Shown here: one piece after another, positions 26,919 through 39,299 of the stretch
Layout of the letters: every line of letters begins with the position of its first letter
Position numbering within the stretch: position 1 is the stretch's first letter
Origin: Eledone cirrhosa
Lineage: Eukaryota
Assembly: GCA_964016885.1 (NCBI GenBank)
Contig: OZ024740.1
Span: 439,642,001 to 439,706,000, forward strand
Length of the DNA: 64,000 nt
Direction: 5' to 3'
Position numbers and translations under genes: made by a program
The notes under the pieces: generated by a model
What the model saw: the letters and a program-made list of their open reading frames with translations, nothing else
Databases searched by the model: none
What the model was told of the DNA's origin: nothing

Positions 26919-27825
26919 TTGAATTAGTATGGTATAGACAAGTACATATGTTATTTAGGTGTATGATATTGTCAATACTCTGATATGCCCAGTTCCTTGT
27001 TGGGTTGTTAATTCACTGGGGAATTATATTCTGACCTTGAGATTGGTTATAGCACACACACACACACACACACTTTATCCTACATTATTTCTCACTTCTC
27101 CATATACATTATCATTACTTTTTCACCAATCTCTCATTTACTCTTTATTCTTTATTCTCTATTTATTTATTTATTTTCAAATTACACAAATTATATTAAT
27201 TATTTTATTTTATTATATTATTTATTTATTTTCTGTTTTCTTAATTTATTGCCTTATATTTCTTCATATACATGAAAGAACCCCCCCCCCCCCCACCACC
27301 ACCACCACCACTACGATGGTGGCGGGAGGGATGAAGAAAAAACACAAACTGGATACTTCTAAATTGTTAGCAGCAGCAAGATATAAGCTGACCACTACAA
27401 CAACAACAGTACCAAAATAATGGTGGAGGTCAAATGTACTGAACAATAGCAGGCAAAAACACTACAGGGAGCCTCACCCCAGAAAGAATTCTATAGACTT
27501 CTGACTGAGGAATGCTCTCAGAACTGAACAATGGGAAGTTTGACACTTTTTTGTTATTTTGTTCCTTTAACGCCTTGTCCTTCCTACCATTTTATCAATT
27601 TTTAAGCTAACTCCAACAATAACAACACTTAGAATGAGGAATGTTCTAATAACTGACCAATGAGAGGAGAAGGGGACCTGTGACACGAAAATTCGTTTGT
27701 TTGAATTCATATGACTCCAGTTCCCAAGTGAATTAACAACCCAACAAGGAACTGGGCATATCAGAGTATTGACAATATCATACACCTAAATAACATATGT
27801 ACTTGTCTATACCATACTAATTCAA

Positions 27826-27880
27826 ACTGCCTGAAGAGGTGACAGCCAAAGATGGCTGTCACTGAAATATATATAGCAGT
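27826..27880 (+). ncRNA. Minimal hammerhead ribozyme (family B)
   Basis: ACTGC-CTGAAGA-GGTGACAGCC(AAAGAT)GGCTGTCACT-GAAA-TATATAT-A-GCAGT; perfect stem I, 10-bp stem II, palindromic stem III. Confidence 0.85.
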
Positions 27881-28142
27881 AATAAACGAAGCAAAATTTT
27901 AATCATTTGACTTTTATTTAACTTTATTTTACACTACTCCGGAGTAACCAAGCCAACCTGCGAACTTCGTCGAGTGCTCCAGCCTGCATACTGAGGTGTT
28001 GGTATACAACCAACATAAACTCAAAATATATATATATATACATATTTATATATATATATATATATATACACATACATACATAGCCATACAATAATGCAGA
28101 TACAAATACGTACATATCACAAACACGCACAACCAAATACAA

Positions 28143-28238
<96 letters not shown>

Positions 28239-28499
28239 GTGTGTAAAACTCATTCTTAGATAATTCATATGAAACTTATTTAACTCTAAAATATACATAT
28301 ATATATATATATTAGGTATAGGATTATCCAAGATGTAGTGATGGTTAATTACTACACTGGATATGGTTGACGTACGGTAAGAGGTTACTCTACGAGTTAT
28401 GGAAGAATTGTTCAAGAAACTTAGTTCCTGATCCTTCAGTATTCCGGAGTGTATATAAAGAATGAATAATAACAGGTAGACATCATAAAAAGGTAGTTT

Positions 28500-28623
28500 A
28501 TTCCGTGTGCTTACAAGTGTTTCCACGGTGGTGCTGCAGCCTAGTTCCGCTACGTGCAAATTCACAAGTATTTGCAGAACTCGAATATCCAATGCTGTGA
28601 CCACTGTTTCCTCAGAGCAGAAT
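28500..28623 (-). ncRNA. Hammerhead ribozyme in the inverted pLTR
   Basis: Reverse complement of 29673-29796. Confidence 0.65.
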
Positions 28624-29672
28624 GGTAAATATACAATGTAAAAACCCTTAAGTGGGGTTGTTGGGGAAGATAGAGTGGAACAGGAAGAGAGAAAAGTAGG
28701 GAAGAAGGAGAGAGAAGGAAAGATATGCAGTGGTTGGAGAAGTAGGAGAGAGTGGTTTGTAGATATCTTAATCAAAATGTTATGGTAGGGGTTTTATTAG
28801 TTACTTTTGGAGAGATGCGTAGATAGTTGAGGTCGGAATTATTTATTGCCCCAGAGGGCAGGTTCATAAATGTTGAGAGGGAGGTAGGTCAAAGGTGAGA
28901 GAGAGAGAGTGTAATGGATGTAGAGAGAGATATATAGGTAGAGAGGGGACAGATAAATATGTGTGGTGAGTGAACTTTTGGTTTTGTAGTAGTATTCTAG
29001 TAGTTGTATTGAGTTACCATGTATAGTGATAAGCAGTGTATTGTCTTGTAGTGTGGGGGGAAGAGAAGGTTGTTAGCTAGAAAGTGGTGTCCAAAAACAA
29101 ACTACTTAACGATAGAATTGAACGATCATTATACTGCAACCACAAACTAAAAGCTAAATTCTCTCACTATAAAATAACTTAACATTCGAACCCGTAACTA
29201 CAACACCACTTTCTAGCTAACAACCTTCTCTTCCCCCCCACACTACAAGACAATACACTGCTTATCACTATACATGGTAACTCAATACAACTACTAGAAT
29301 ACTACTACAAAACCAAAAGTTCACTCACCACACATATTTATCTGTCCCCTCTCTACCTATATATCTCTCTCTACATCCATTACACTCTCTCTCTCTCTCA
29401 CCTTTGACCTACCTCCCTCTCAACATTTATGAACCTGCCCTCCGGGGCAATAAATAATTCCGACCTCAACTATCTACGCATCTCTCCAAAAGTAACTAAT
29501 AAAACCCCTACCATAACATTTTGATTAAGATATCTACAAGCCACTCTCTCCTACTTCTCCAACCCCTGCATATCTTTCCTTCTCTCTCCTTCTTCCCTAC
29601 TTTTCTCTCTTCCTGTTCCACTCTATCTTCCCCAACAACCCCACTTAAGGGTTTTTACATTGTATATTTACC

Positions 29673-29796
29673 ATTCTGCTCTGAGGAAACAGTGGTCACA
29701 GCATTGGATATTCGAGTTCTGCAAATACTTGTGAATGTGCACGTAGCGGAACTAGGCTGCAGAACCACCGTGGAAACACTTGTAAGCACACGGAAT
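29673..29796 (+). ncRNA. Hammerhead ribozyme with ~85-nt extended stem II (5' pLTR)
   Basis: TGCT-CTGAGGA-AACAGTGGT..ACCACCGTG-GAAA-CACTTGT-A-AGCA; stem I extendable via ATTCTG/CGGAAT. Confidence 0.65.
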
Positions 29797-30033
29797 AAAC
29801 TACCTTTTTATGATGTCTACCTGTTATTATTCATTCTTTATATACACTCCGGAATACTGAAGGATCAGGAACTAAGTTTCTTGAACAATTCTTCCATAAC
29901 TCGTAGAGTAACCTCTTACCGTACGTCAACCATATCCAGTGTAGTAATTAACCATCACTACATCTTGGATAATCCTATACCTAATAATCGCCTCCTACAC
30001 AGTTGAGCAAACACACCGACACACGGCATTAAT

Positions 30034-32361
30034 ATGGAGAGGCATCATATAGGTATGTCACTTAAAAACATACCTATACCTAACAAAAGGGAATATATTC
30101 TCAGTATGATTCAACGCAGTAACGACTTTATTCGGCGTGTACGATGGAAAGCTTTCCACTTCGATAAAGGACGCGCCAGTCACTCGTCTGAATCATATGG
30201 TTTTAAATCATGTAAAAACCCACCTACAAACCCTCACCTCGAAGCTTTCGAACAGGACTTATTGAAAACTACCATGAACATTAAGTTCAACAGACATAGA
30301 AATAATGAGCTGCAGAACAACATGAAAGCACTACTCCGAAGATTGCAAAATACCAATGGAATTGTTGTGAAAGCTGACAAGACTTCTAACGTGTATACCA
30401 TGGATATCGATACGTATAATAACTTCATACGCAATGAACTACACAAAAAATATAGAAAAACAAATGAAACTACGCTAGCAAATATTAACAACGAGGCATA
30501 TAAAGTGGTAAAGAATCTCAAGATAGACGATAGAACCGAGCCGATTATACCCGCTACCCCCACCTTCAACCTGAAGGACCATAAGGTAAATTTTGACTCT
30601 AACCCTAAGATTAGACTTATATGCCCTTCTAAATCAGACATAGGGAAAATTAGTAAACATATACTTGACAGAGTAATAACTCAAGTGAAAAAGAAAATTG
30701 AAATTAAATTATGGGGCAACACTAGCGAAGCAATTCGCTGGTTTAATAATGTTAAGAATAAGAATAAATCTAAGTTTATACAATTTGACATAGACGAATA
30801 CTACTCTTCCATCTCACCAAGCACTTTCCGTAAGGCCCTATCGTTTGCTAAGGCCAATTCCGACCTAACGGAGGACGAAATTAATATTATTCTCGAGGCT
30901 AGAAAAACCATTATTAAGTTCGATAACTGCTACTGGGAACGTAAGGACAGACCCACAAATTTCGATATTACCATGGGTTCCAACGACTCGGCGGAGGTCA
31001 CGGATCTCGTGGGAATTTACATAGCCCACATATTACATAGTAGATTTAGTAATCTACAGGGGGGGATATACAGAGATGACGGGCTCTTATTAGTTAATAA
31101 CTTGAATAACCAAAATCTTGAAAGGCTACGGAAAAATATTAGAAAATCTTTTAGTGAACTGGGTCTAAAAATAACATACGAATACAATCTTAAGGTAGTA
31201 AACTTTCTGGACGTAACTCTTAATTTAAATACCGGACAGATACGACCCTTCCACAAGGTAAATGAGAACCTTACGTATATTGACTTTAACTCTAACCACC
31301 CACTCTCCATGATCAAATCAGTTCCCCGGAGTATTTCTCTTAGAATCTCTCGCCTATCGTCTAACTCTGATATTTTTAGCGAACATGCTGAATACTACAA
31401 TAATGCATTAAGGAATGCTGACCACCGGGACACAATAGAATACATCGATAGTAATTTCCACAACACGCATAGCTCTACACGTAATCAAGGTATACGTAAC
31501 CGGGGGACTAAAACACAAGCACACACACACTGTACTACCAGACATACTAATAATAGAAGATCACCACCAAATAAATCACGTTGTAGAAAGTATATCTGGT
31601 ATAATCCTATTTTTAATGCCTCGATTAGTACAAAACTATCTCTTTCATTCTTTAAATTAATCAATAAACACTTCCCTAGTTCCCATAAGTACAGCAAAAT
31701 TCTGAACTCCAAAACTATTAGACTATCATACTCCACGACACCAAACCTTGAAGCATACATAAAAAAACTTAACTTAAGGCAATTAAACAACTCTACAAAA
31801 CAAAACATTTTAGTAACAGATGGGCAGAACGCAATATCTGCCTCCCAACCACTAAATGGGAGACGGGTATTGCACAACCCACCTGTACCGCTATCACAAC
31901 CTATCCATGGTATACCCGCTACCCACAACAAAGCATGTAACTGCCATCTACCTGAAAGATGTCCATTGCAGAATGAATGCCTAAAGTCCAACATTGTTTA
32001 CCAATGCACGGTTGAATCGGACGACCAGAAATGGTATTATATCGGATCTACCACCACATCGTTTAAATCTCGCTGGTACCGTCATCGATTCTCAATCAAA
32101 CATCAGAATCACCGTTTTGTGACCACGCTCGCCAACAAGACCTGGCAACTCCGTGAACACAACCAACAGTTCACCTTAAAATGGGATATACTTTCCAGCG
32201 CAAATGCATATCGGAGTGGTTTGAAGTACTGCAGGTTATGTAACCTTGAGCTATTTTACATACTAAAATCCAAAAACAAACTACTTAACGATAGAATTGA
32301 ACGATCATTATACTGCAACCACAAACTAAAAGCTAAATTCTCTCACTATAAAATAACTTAA
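30034..32361 (+). CDS. Penelope-like reverse transcriptase + GIY-YIG endonuclease, 775 aa, uninterrupted
   Basis: IVVKADKTS, KIRLICP, FIQFDIDEYYSSI, FDITMGS, GIYRDDGL, VNFLDVTLNL, CNCHLPERCPLQNEC, IVYQC..YYIGST..FKSRWYRH, CRLCNLE. Confidence 0.93.
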   Translation: MERHHIGMSLKNIPIPNKREYILSMIQRSNDFIRRVRWKAFHFDKGRASHSSESYGFKSCKNPPTNPHLEAFEQDLLKTTMNIKFNRHRNNELQNNMKALLRRLQNTNGIVVKADKTSNVYTMDIDTYNNFIRNELHKKYRKTNETTLANINNEAYKVVKNLKIDDRTEPIIPATPTFNLKDHKVNFDSNPKIRLICPSKSDIGKISKHILDRVITQVKKKIEIKLWGNTSEAIRWFNNVKNKNKSKFIQFDIDEYYSSISPSTFRKALSFAKANSDLTEDEINIILEARKTIIKFDNCYWERKDRPTNFDITMGSNDSAEVTDLVGIYIAHILHSRFSNLQGGIYRDDGLLLVNNLNNQNLERLRKNIRKSFSELGLKITYEYNLKVVNFLDVTLNLNTGQIRPFHKVNENLTYIDFNSNHPLSMIKSVPRSISLRISRLSSNSDIFSEHAEYYNNALRNADHRDTIEYIDSNFHNTHSSTRNQGIRNRGTKTQAHTHCTTRHTNNRRSPPNKSRCRKYIWYNPIFNASISTKLSLSFFKLINKHFPSSHKYSKILNSKTIRLSYSTTPNLEAYIKKLNLRQLNNSTKQNILVTDGQNAISASQPLNGRRVLHNPPVPLSQPIHGIPATHNKACNCHLPERCPLQNECLKSNIVYQCTVESDDQKWYYIGSTTTSFKSRWYRHRFSIKHQNHRFVTTLANKTWQLREHNQQFTLKWDILSSANAYRSGLKYCRLCNLELFYILKSKNKLLNDRIERSLYCNHKLKAKFSHYKIT

Positions 32362-32848
32362 CATTCGAACCCGTAACTACAACACCACTTTCTAGCTAAC
32401 AACCTTCTCTTCCCCCCACACTACAAGACAATACACTGCTTATCACTATACATGGTAACTCAATACAACTCCTAGAATACTACTACAAAACCAAAAGTTC
32501 ACTCACCACACATATTTATCTGTCCCCTCTCTACCTATATATCTCTCTCTACATCCATTACACTCTCTCTCTCTCACCTTTGACCTACCTCCCTCTCAAC
32601 ATTTATGAACCTGCCCTCCGGGGCAATAAATAATTCCGACCTCAACTATCTACGCATCTCTCCAAAAGTAACTAATAAAACCCCTACCATAACATTTTGA
32701 TTAAGATATCTACAACCCACTCTCTCCTACTTCTCCAACCCCTGCATATCTTTCCTTCTCTCTACTTCTTCCCTACTTTTCTCTCTTCCTGTTCCACTCT
32801 ATCTTCCCCAACAACCCCACTTAAGGGTTTTTACATTGTATATTTACC

Positions 32849-32972
32849 ATTCTGCTCTGAGGAAACAGTGGTCACAGCATTGGATATTCGAGTTCTGCAA
32901 ATACTTGTGAATTTGCACGTAGCGGAACTAGGCTGCAGCACCACCGTGGAAACACTTGTAAGCACACGGAAT
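32849..32972 (+). ncRNA. Hammerhead ribozyme (3' pLTR copy)
   Basis: Direct repeat of 29673-29796. Confidence 0.65.
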
Positions 32973-33011
32973 AAACTACCTTTTTATGATGTCTACCTGT
33001 TATTATTCATT

Positions 33012-33076
<65 letters not shown>

Positions 33077-33244
33077 TACATACACATACATACTTACTAA
33101 AATACACATATATACCTACACACATATATATACATACGTATGCATACATACACACACACATACACATACATATACATATAAAACACAATATATATATATA
33201 TATACGATATTAATAAATGGAAACTATATTTATAAAACCATATT

Positions 33245-33309
33245 TATTTCATTATACCTATTTCAAGGATACCAAGTTAAATTATGGTATGCCTTCATCA
33301 GACAAAATA
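33245..33309 (-). ncRNA. Minimal hammerhead (PLE-A copy 2)
   Basis: Same motif as 17472-17536 with one stem III change. Confidence 0.65.
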
Positions 33310-34155
33310 CAATATATATCAGTTTTACAAATAAGCATTGACGTACCCTTTCAAAACGCGACCATTACTTTTGGAGGACATCAGGATAGTGGTTTGTTTA
33401 TATTATTTTAGTAAGTCTTAGTGTTAAGGACAATTACAAAAGACGGAGAGAGAGAGAAAAGCGTGGAGAGAAAACGGAGAGAGAGAGAGAGAAAAGCGTG
33501 GAGAGAAAGGGAGAGATAAATAAAGAAAAAGAGGAAAGAAAAGAAGAAAAAAGGAAAAAATAAGAAACCAGAGGAAAGCAACAGAGAGATATCAAACCAT
33601 CAGACAGAGAGAAAAAACTCAAGAGAGAGAAATAAGTGATAGAGAGAGGGGGAGAGAACGAAAGCCTTAAGTCATGTCATATTAAGTTGAGTTAACAATT
33701 GAGATGAAATGAATAAATAAAATTAGAAATATTAATATTCATGAATGGAATATACGTATATAATATGAGAAATTAATCATTGTTTAAATATGATTAGATA
33801 TTTAGTTTAAAAATTGAGATCAATATACTAAAAATTGGAATTTAAACATCACAAAATGTATATTGCTATAGAGATTACCTATCGTACAGCACGTATATAT
33901 AGGCAAAGATACATAAATATATATATACACATACATTCAGAAAATAGACATTATACTCCCGCATATAATATATAAATACAGAGCATAAGTGATTTTTTTA
34001 TTACTGCTATACATTCCTTGTGTTATTAAATAAAAAATTCACAGTATATATATATAAATATATAGGATTAACTTTCATGCATTTATGGCTGTTAAAATTG
34101 TGCATATCTGCAATCAAAACTGCATGGGTAAGCATGCACACACATAGCTCCTAGC

Positions 34156-34199
<44 letters not shown>

Positions 34200-36174
34200 A
34201 ATATGTGCGTGCATCTTCACCCGATTGGTAGACACGCGTCACTCATGCATATATACAGACAGATATATAATCACAAAAAAGCATATAACACATGTATATG
34301 TATGTTAATACACACATATATATACATATTCGTATAGCGATAAGTATACATCAATATATTACATAGTACAATTGAGTATATAAATTACAAAAGGATTATA
34401 TTTTGGAAATATAATTATATCAATATAAATTTAAAAGGATTATATTTTGGAAATATAATTATATCAGTATAACTTAAAAGACAAACGAATTCTACAAATA
34501 TCAAAATATTAAATATTTTTAAATATTATAGAATATCTTAAGTTAAAATAATATGTTTAATAGATTTAGTATAGAAATTTATCTTACGTATATTTAAATC
34601 AAGATATTGAAAGGATAAACTTTTGAAAATTATGAGAAGCTATCAGAATAAAAACAAACCTAATAAAAAATAAATAAAATATTATATCAATATAATTTAA
34701 AAAAACAAGGATTCTACAGTTATCAAAATATTAAAATATTTTAAAATTATAGAATATTTTAAGCTAAAATAATATGTTTAATATATTTAGTATAGAAATT
34801 TATCTTACGTATATTTTATTTAAGATATTGGAAGGATAGACATTTTAGAGTAGTTTATTATATCTATATTTATATTTAGGAAGAAAATTTATACTTGAGT
34901 ATTTAACCAAAGAAAATGAAAAAGAAAAAGGTGAAGGAATCTAATGATTTATCGACAGGTTTCATATATTAACCAAATTACTTAATTAATTATACTACAT
35001 TTTAAATTTATATTTATATTTAAACGTTGAGTTCAATCTATGTCTGCAGCAATTGAATAAATTATTCCTTAGATTAAGGGAATTTTTGGTCTTTAATATA
35101 AAGAATATTTCTTCTATACAAAGATCACAATTTTCTCAAGAGGAATTAAAAGGAGTAGCTCTGGAAATAATATTCCAAATCAGCGAATATTCAACATTAT
35201 CTCGTTTTAGGTCCCATAATAGGCTAGATAGCGAAGTTGAAGATTTTTGTTTGGATCTGTAAAATAATTTTTATGATTATTGAAGCGGGGTTTAAATTCT
35301 ATAGAGGTGGAACCGACATAATTAAATGAAATTAAATTAGTTTTAACATTACAATTATAAACTACATTTTTAGCTAAGCAGTTGTTATTTAACGGACAGT
35401 TGGATTTATTTCTACAGTTACAGTTATTCGATTGAATATCGCTTGGGTTATTATTGGTATTTTGGTTAGGTTTTAAGTTTCTATTATTAATTCTATTAAT
35501 ATTTTGCGCTAAATTTTTGGTGGAAGAGTAAGTTAATTTTATAGTATGTCTATTAAAAATTGAGTAATATTTATGTGTTCTAGGGAAGCGTTTGTCAAGA
35601 GCTTTAAAGAATAGTTTAGCAATAGGGGTTTAATATTTAGTGAGAAAGGAGGAGCGAACCATAATATATTCCTGGTTCTATTTCTTTTTCGGCTTTCGGA
35701 ATTATTGTAATGTTTTCTATTATAGTTGTTATTTTCTATTATAGAATGCTATCTATTTTCTATTATAGAATGCTATCTATTTTCTATTATAGTATGCTAT
35801 CTATTTTCTATTATAGTATGCGATGTTATTTTCTATTATAGTATGCCATCTCTTATTTCTCTCTCTTGAGTTTTTTCTCTCTGTCTGATGGTTTGATATC
35901 TCTCTGTTGCTTTCCTCTGGTTTCTTATTTTTATCCTTTTATCTTCTTTTCTTTCCTCTTTTTCTTTATTTATCTCTCCCTTTCTCTCCACGCTTTTCTC
36001 TCTCTCTCCGTTTTTTCTCCACGCTTTTCTCTCTCTCTCCGTTTTTGTAATTGTCCTTAACACTAAGACTTACTAAAATAATATAAACAAACCACTATCC
36101 TGATGTCCTCCAAAAGTAATCGTCGCATTTTGAAAGGGTACGTCAATGCTTATTTGTAAAACTGATATATATTG

Positions 36175-36239
36175 TATTTTGTCTGATGAAGGCATACCAT
36201 AATCTAACTTGGTATCCTTGAAATATGTATAATGAAATA
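36175..36239 (+). ncRNA. Minimal hammerhead (inverted PLE-A copy 2 segment)
   Basis: TATTTTGT-CTGATGA-AGGCATACCA..TGGTATCCTT-GAAA-TATGTAT-A-ATGAAATA. Confidence 0.75.
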
Positions 36240-36380
36240 AATATGGTTTTATAAATATAGTTTCCATTTATTAATATCGCATATTTACTCCAAATACTTG
36301 TTGAGTGCTTTATATCAGTTATAAAAATATTTACTTGTTGTATGCCAACAATTTAAATAGAACTTTTGCATATATATATA

Positions 36381-36622
36381 TGAGAAAGAACATGGATATT
36401 ATAAAATAAATATTTCATATATAAACAAATTTGGAATACGACGAATAATAAATAAAAATATATATATATTTAGAAAAGGGTATAAATACCCATAGCAGAC
36501 CTAGATCACTCAATAAGTTCATGGAGCAAAAGATCAAAATATAAATATATTTTTATTTATTATTGGTCGTATTCCAAATTTTTTTATATATAAAATATTT
36601 ATTTTATAATATTCATGTTCTT

Positions 36623-36627
<5 letters not shown>
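36381..36627. repeat. Fold-back / MITE-like element, ~90-bp imperfect inverted repeats, in (TA)n
   Basis: TGAGAAAGAACATG... versus ...CATGTTCTTTCTCA. Confidence 0.7.
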
Positions 36628-36690
<63 letters not shown>

Positions 36691-36811
36691 AGTTATATAT
36701 GTATATGTATGTGTATGTGTGTGTGTGCACGTATGCAAACGTATGTGTATGTATATATGTGCGTGTAGGTATATATGTGTATGTTAGTAAGTATGTATGT
36801 GTATGTATCTG

Positions 36812-36872
<61 letters not shown>

Positions 36873-36888
36873 CAGTTTTAATATAGAT

Positions 36889-36941
36889 GAGATTCTACAG
36901 GACTAGAACTGTTTCATTCATTAGAAATCATCAGGAATCTC
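36889..36941 (-). ncRNA. Type I hammerhead ribozyme in a 177-bp partial tandem unit
   Basis: Minus strand GAGATTC-CTGATGA-TTTCTAATGAAT-GAAA-CAG(TTCTAGTC)CTGT-A-GAATCTC; unit restarts at 37048. Confidence 0.8.
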
Positions 36942-37169
36942 CTTGATGATGGTTATAAGGGGCACAGAGAGTGCTAAAATGTACGTTATTCCGGGTTGAA
37001 TCGGAGGTAACCACAGTAAGTAAGGTACTCAATACATAGCAGAGTATAACAGTTTTAATATAGATGAGATTCTACAGGACTAGAACTGTTTCATTCATTA
37101 GAAATCATCATATATATGTATATTTTAGAGTTAAATAAGGTTCATATGAATTATCTAAGAATGAGTTTT

Positions 37170-37255
<86 letters not shown>

Positions 37256-37333
37256 TTCTATTTGGTTGTGCGTGTTTGTGATATGTACGTATTTGTATGT
37301 GTAATATTGTATTGCTATGTATGTATGTGTGTG

Positions 37334-37380
<47 letters not shown>

Positions 37381-37797
37381 ATGTATATGTGTGTGTATAT
37401 ATATGTATATGTGTGTGTGTGTGTATGTATTTGTGTATGCGTATGTATGTGTTTATGTATTTGTATATGTATATTTATGTGTGACAGTGTGTATGTATTT
37501 ATTTTTACGTATGTATGTGTACGTGCATTTGTGTGTATTGCTTACCACGTGTGTTTGTTCATTTATTTGTTGCCTGTATAGCTATCAACTTTATAATAGT
37601 CTTTATTTTCTTTTATTATTTTATATATATTTTTTCTCATATTTATTTGCGTGTGTGAATATGTAGAGGTGTGTGTATATTTTTCTAATTTTGTGCATGC
37701 ATATGTATGCATTTATGTATGTGTATGTATGTACGTGTGTATATATGTATGTATGTATGTATATGTATGTGTGTATGGCTATGTATGTGTATGTATA

Positions 37798-37836
<39 letters not shown>

Positions 37837-38025
37837 TATTTCTATATATATATGTGTATATATGTATGTGTATGTATGGATATGTTGATATTTATGTGTG
37901 TATGTATGTATGTGTATATGTATGTTTTATGTATATATATACACATATATATGTGTATATGTGTGTGTGTATGTATGAGTGTATGTAGATATATATATAT
38001 ATATATATATGTGTGTATGTATATA

Positions 38026-38112
<87 letters not shown>

Positions 38113-38226
38113 TTGCATGTGTGTTTTTATTTTATTTTTCCTTTCCTTCTTCCTTCTCCAGCCTCACTTTCATATAGATTGCATTTTTGTTTTTAGAATC
38201 CAATATCAATAAATACACCAGGATTT

Positions 38227-38287
38227 TTTCATTCTGATGATTGAAAGCAACATTTTTTGCTTTTAAGAAACCACTGGTAAATGGAAT
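38227..38287 (+). ncRNA. Hammerhead ribozyme (family C)
   Basis: TTTCATT-CTGATGA-TTGAAAGCAA(CATTTT)TTGCTTTTAA-GAAA-CCACTGGT-A-AATGGAA. Confidence 0.78.
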
Positions 38288-38768
38288 AATTGCCTTATGT
38301 TGTTTATTACATAACTATATATATATGTATATAAGTTAAAACAATGAAATAAAAAATCAAGTCCTTAGAGATATACTTCACTGCTTTACGATCGTTTGTA
38401 GATGATGATAATACATTGTATCTATACTCAGCTATTGATCTATGTAAGTTTACAAACTATCAGATAGAGAGAATATTTACTTACATGCATATCACCAGCT
38501 GTTTTCAAAAGCATTTTAATTTTTTATTTCATTTTTTATTTCATTGTTTTAACTTATATCATGACTCTGTTTTCCTTTTAATGTTTTATTGTTTTCTGAG
38601 ATTTATCTTAACCTACAACATAGTCAACATATGGATTACATTGAGTTGTTCATACAGAATAGAGCCCACAACTTACAGTGGATACCTCTGTGTATATATA
38701 TATATATTTGAACGTGTATCAAGCTAAACCTCTCTCAGAGGGTTAATAAAAAGTATATTCGTAATGTG

Positions 38769-38812
<44 letters not shown>

Positions 38813-38955
38813 CGAGTTTATGTTGGTTGTATACCAACACCTCAGCATGCAGGCTGGAGCACTCGACGAAGTGCGCAGGTTGGCTTGGTTACTCCGGAGT
38901 AGTGTAAAATAAAGTTAAATAAAAGTAAAATGATTAAAATTTAGCTTCGTTTATT

Positions 38956-39010
38956 ACTGCTATATATATTTCAGTGACAGCCATCTTTGGCTGTGACCTC
39001 TTCAGGCAGT
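38956..39010 (-). ncRNA. Minimal hammerhead (family B)
   Basis: Same motif as 26864-26918 with one stem II mismatch. Confidence 0.8.
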
Positions 39011-39049
39011 TTGAATTAGTATGGTATAGACAAGTACATACTAATTCAA

Positions 39050-39104
39050 ACTGCCTGAAGAGGTGACAGCCAAAGATGGCTGTCACTGAAATATATATAG
39101 CAGT
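39050..39104 (+). ncRNA. Minimal hammerhead (family B)
   Basis: Same sequence as 27826-27880. Confidence 0.85.
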
Positions 39105-39148
39105 AATAAACGAAGCTAAATTTTAATCATTTGACTTTTATTTAACTT

Positions 39149-39232
<84 letters not shown>

Positions 39233-39251
39233 ATGTGTGTGTGTATGTGTG

Positions 39252-39299
<48 letters not shown>

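Larger units (their letters stand above)
28311..33018 (+). mobile_element. Full-length Penelope-like element: inverted pLTR (28311-29090), 5' pLTR (29090-~30030), ORF, 3' pLTR (32269-33018)
   Basis: 29090 onward directly repeats the ORF end and 3' tail starting at 32269; 28311-29090 is the reverse complement of ~29201-29985; (TA)n at both ends. Confidence 0.93.
33203..36370 (-). mobile_element. Penelope-like family A copy 2, more deeply 5'-truncated (GIY-YIG end only), inverted tail segment ~35847-36370
   Basis: 33203-35735 aligns by eye to 17430-19990; inverted copy of 33203-33635. Confidence 0.85.

Noticed and set aside
29521-30006. 161-aa ORF present in three copies (27924, 29521, 32697)
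   Set aside because: TTG start, low-complexity N-terminus, overlaps the HHR; recurrence reflects pLTR duplication and no domain is recognisable
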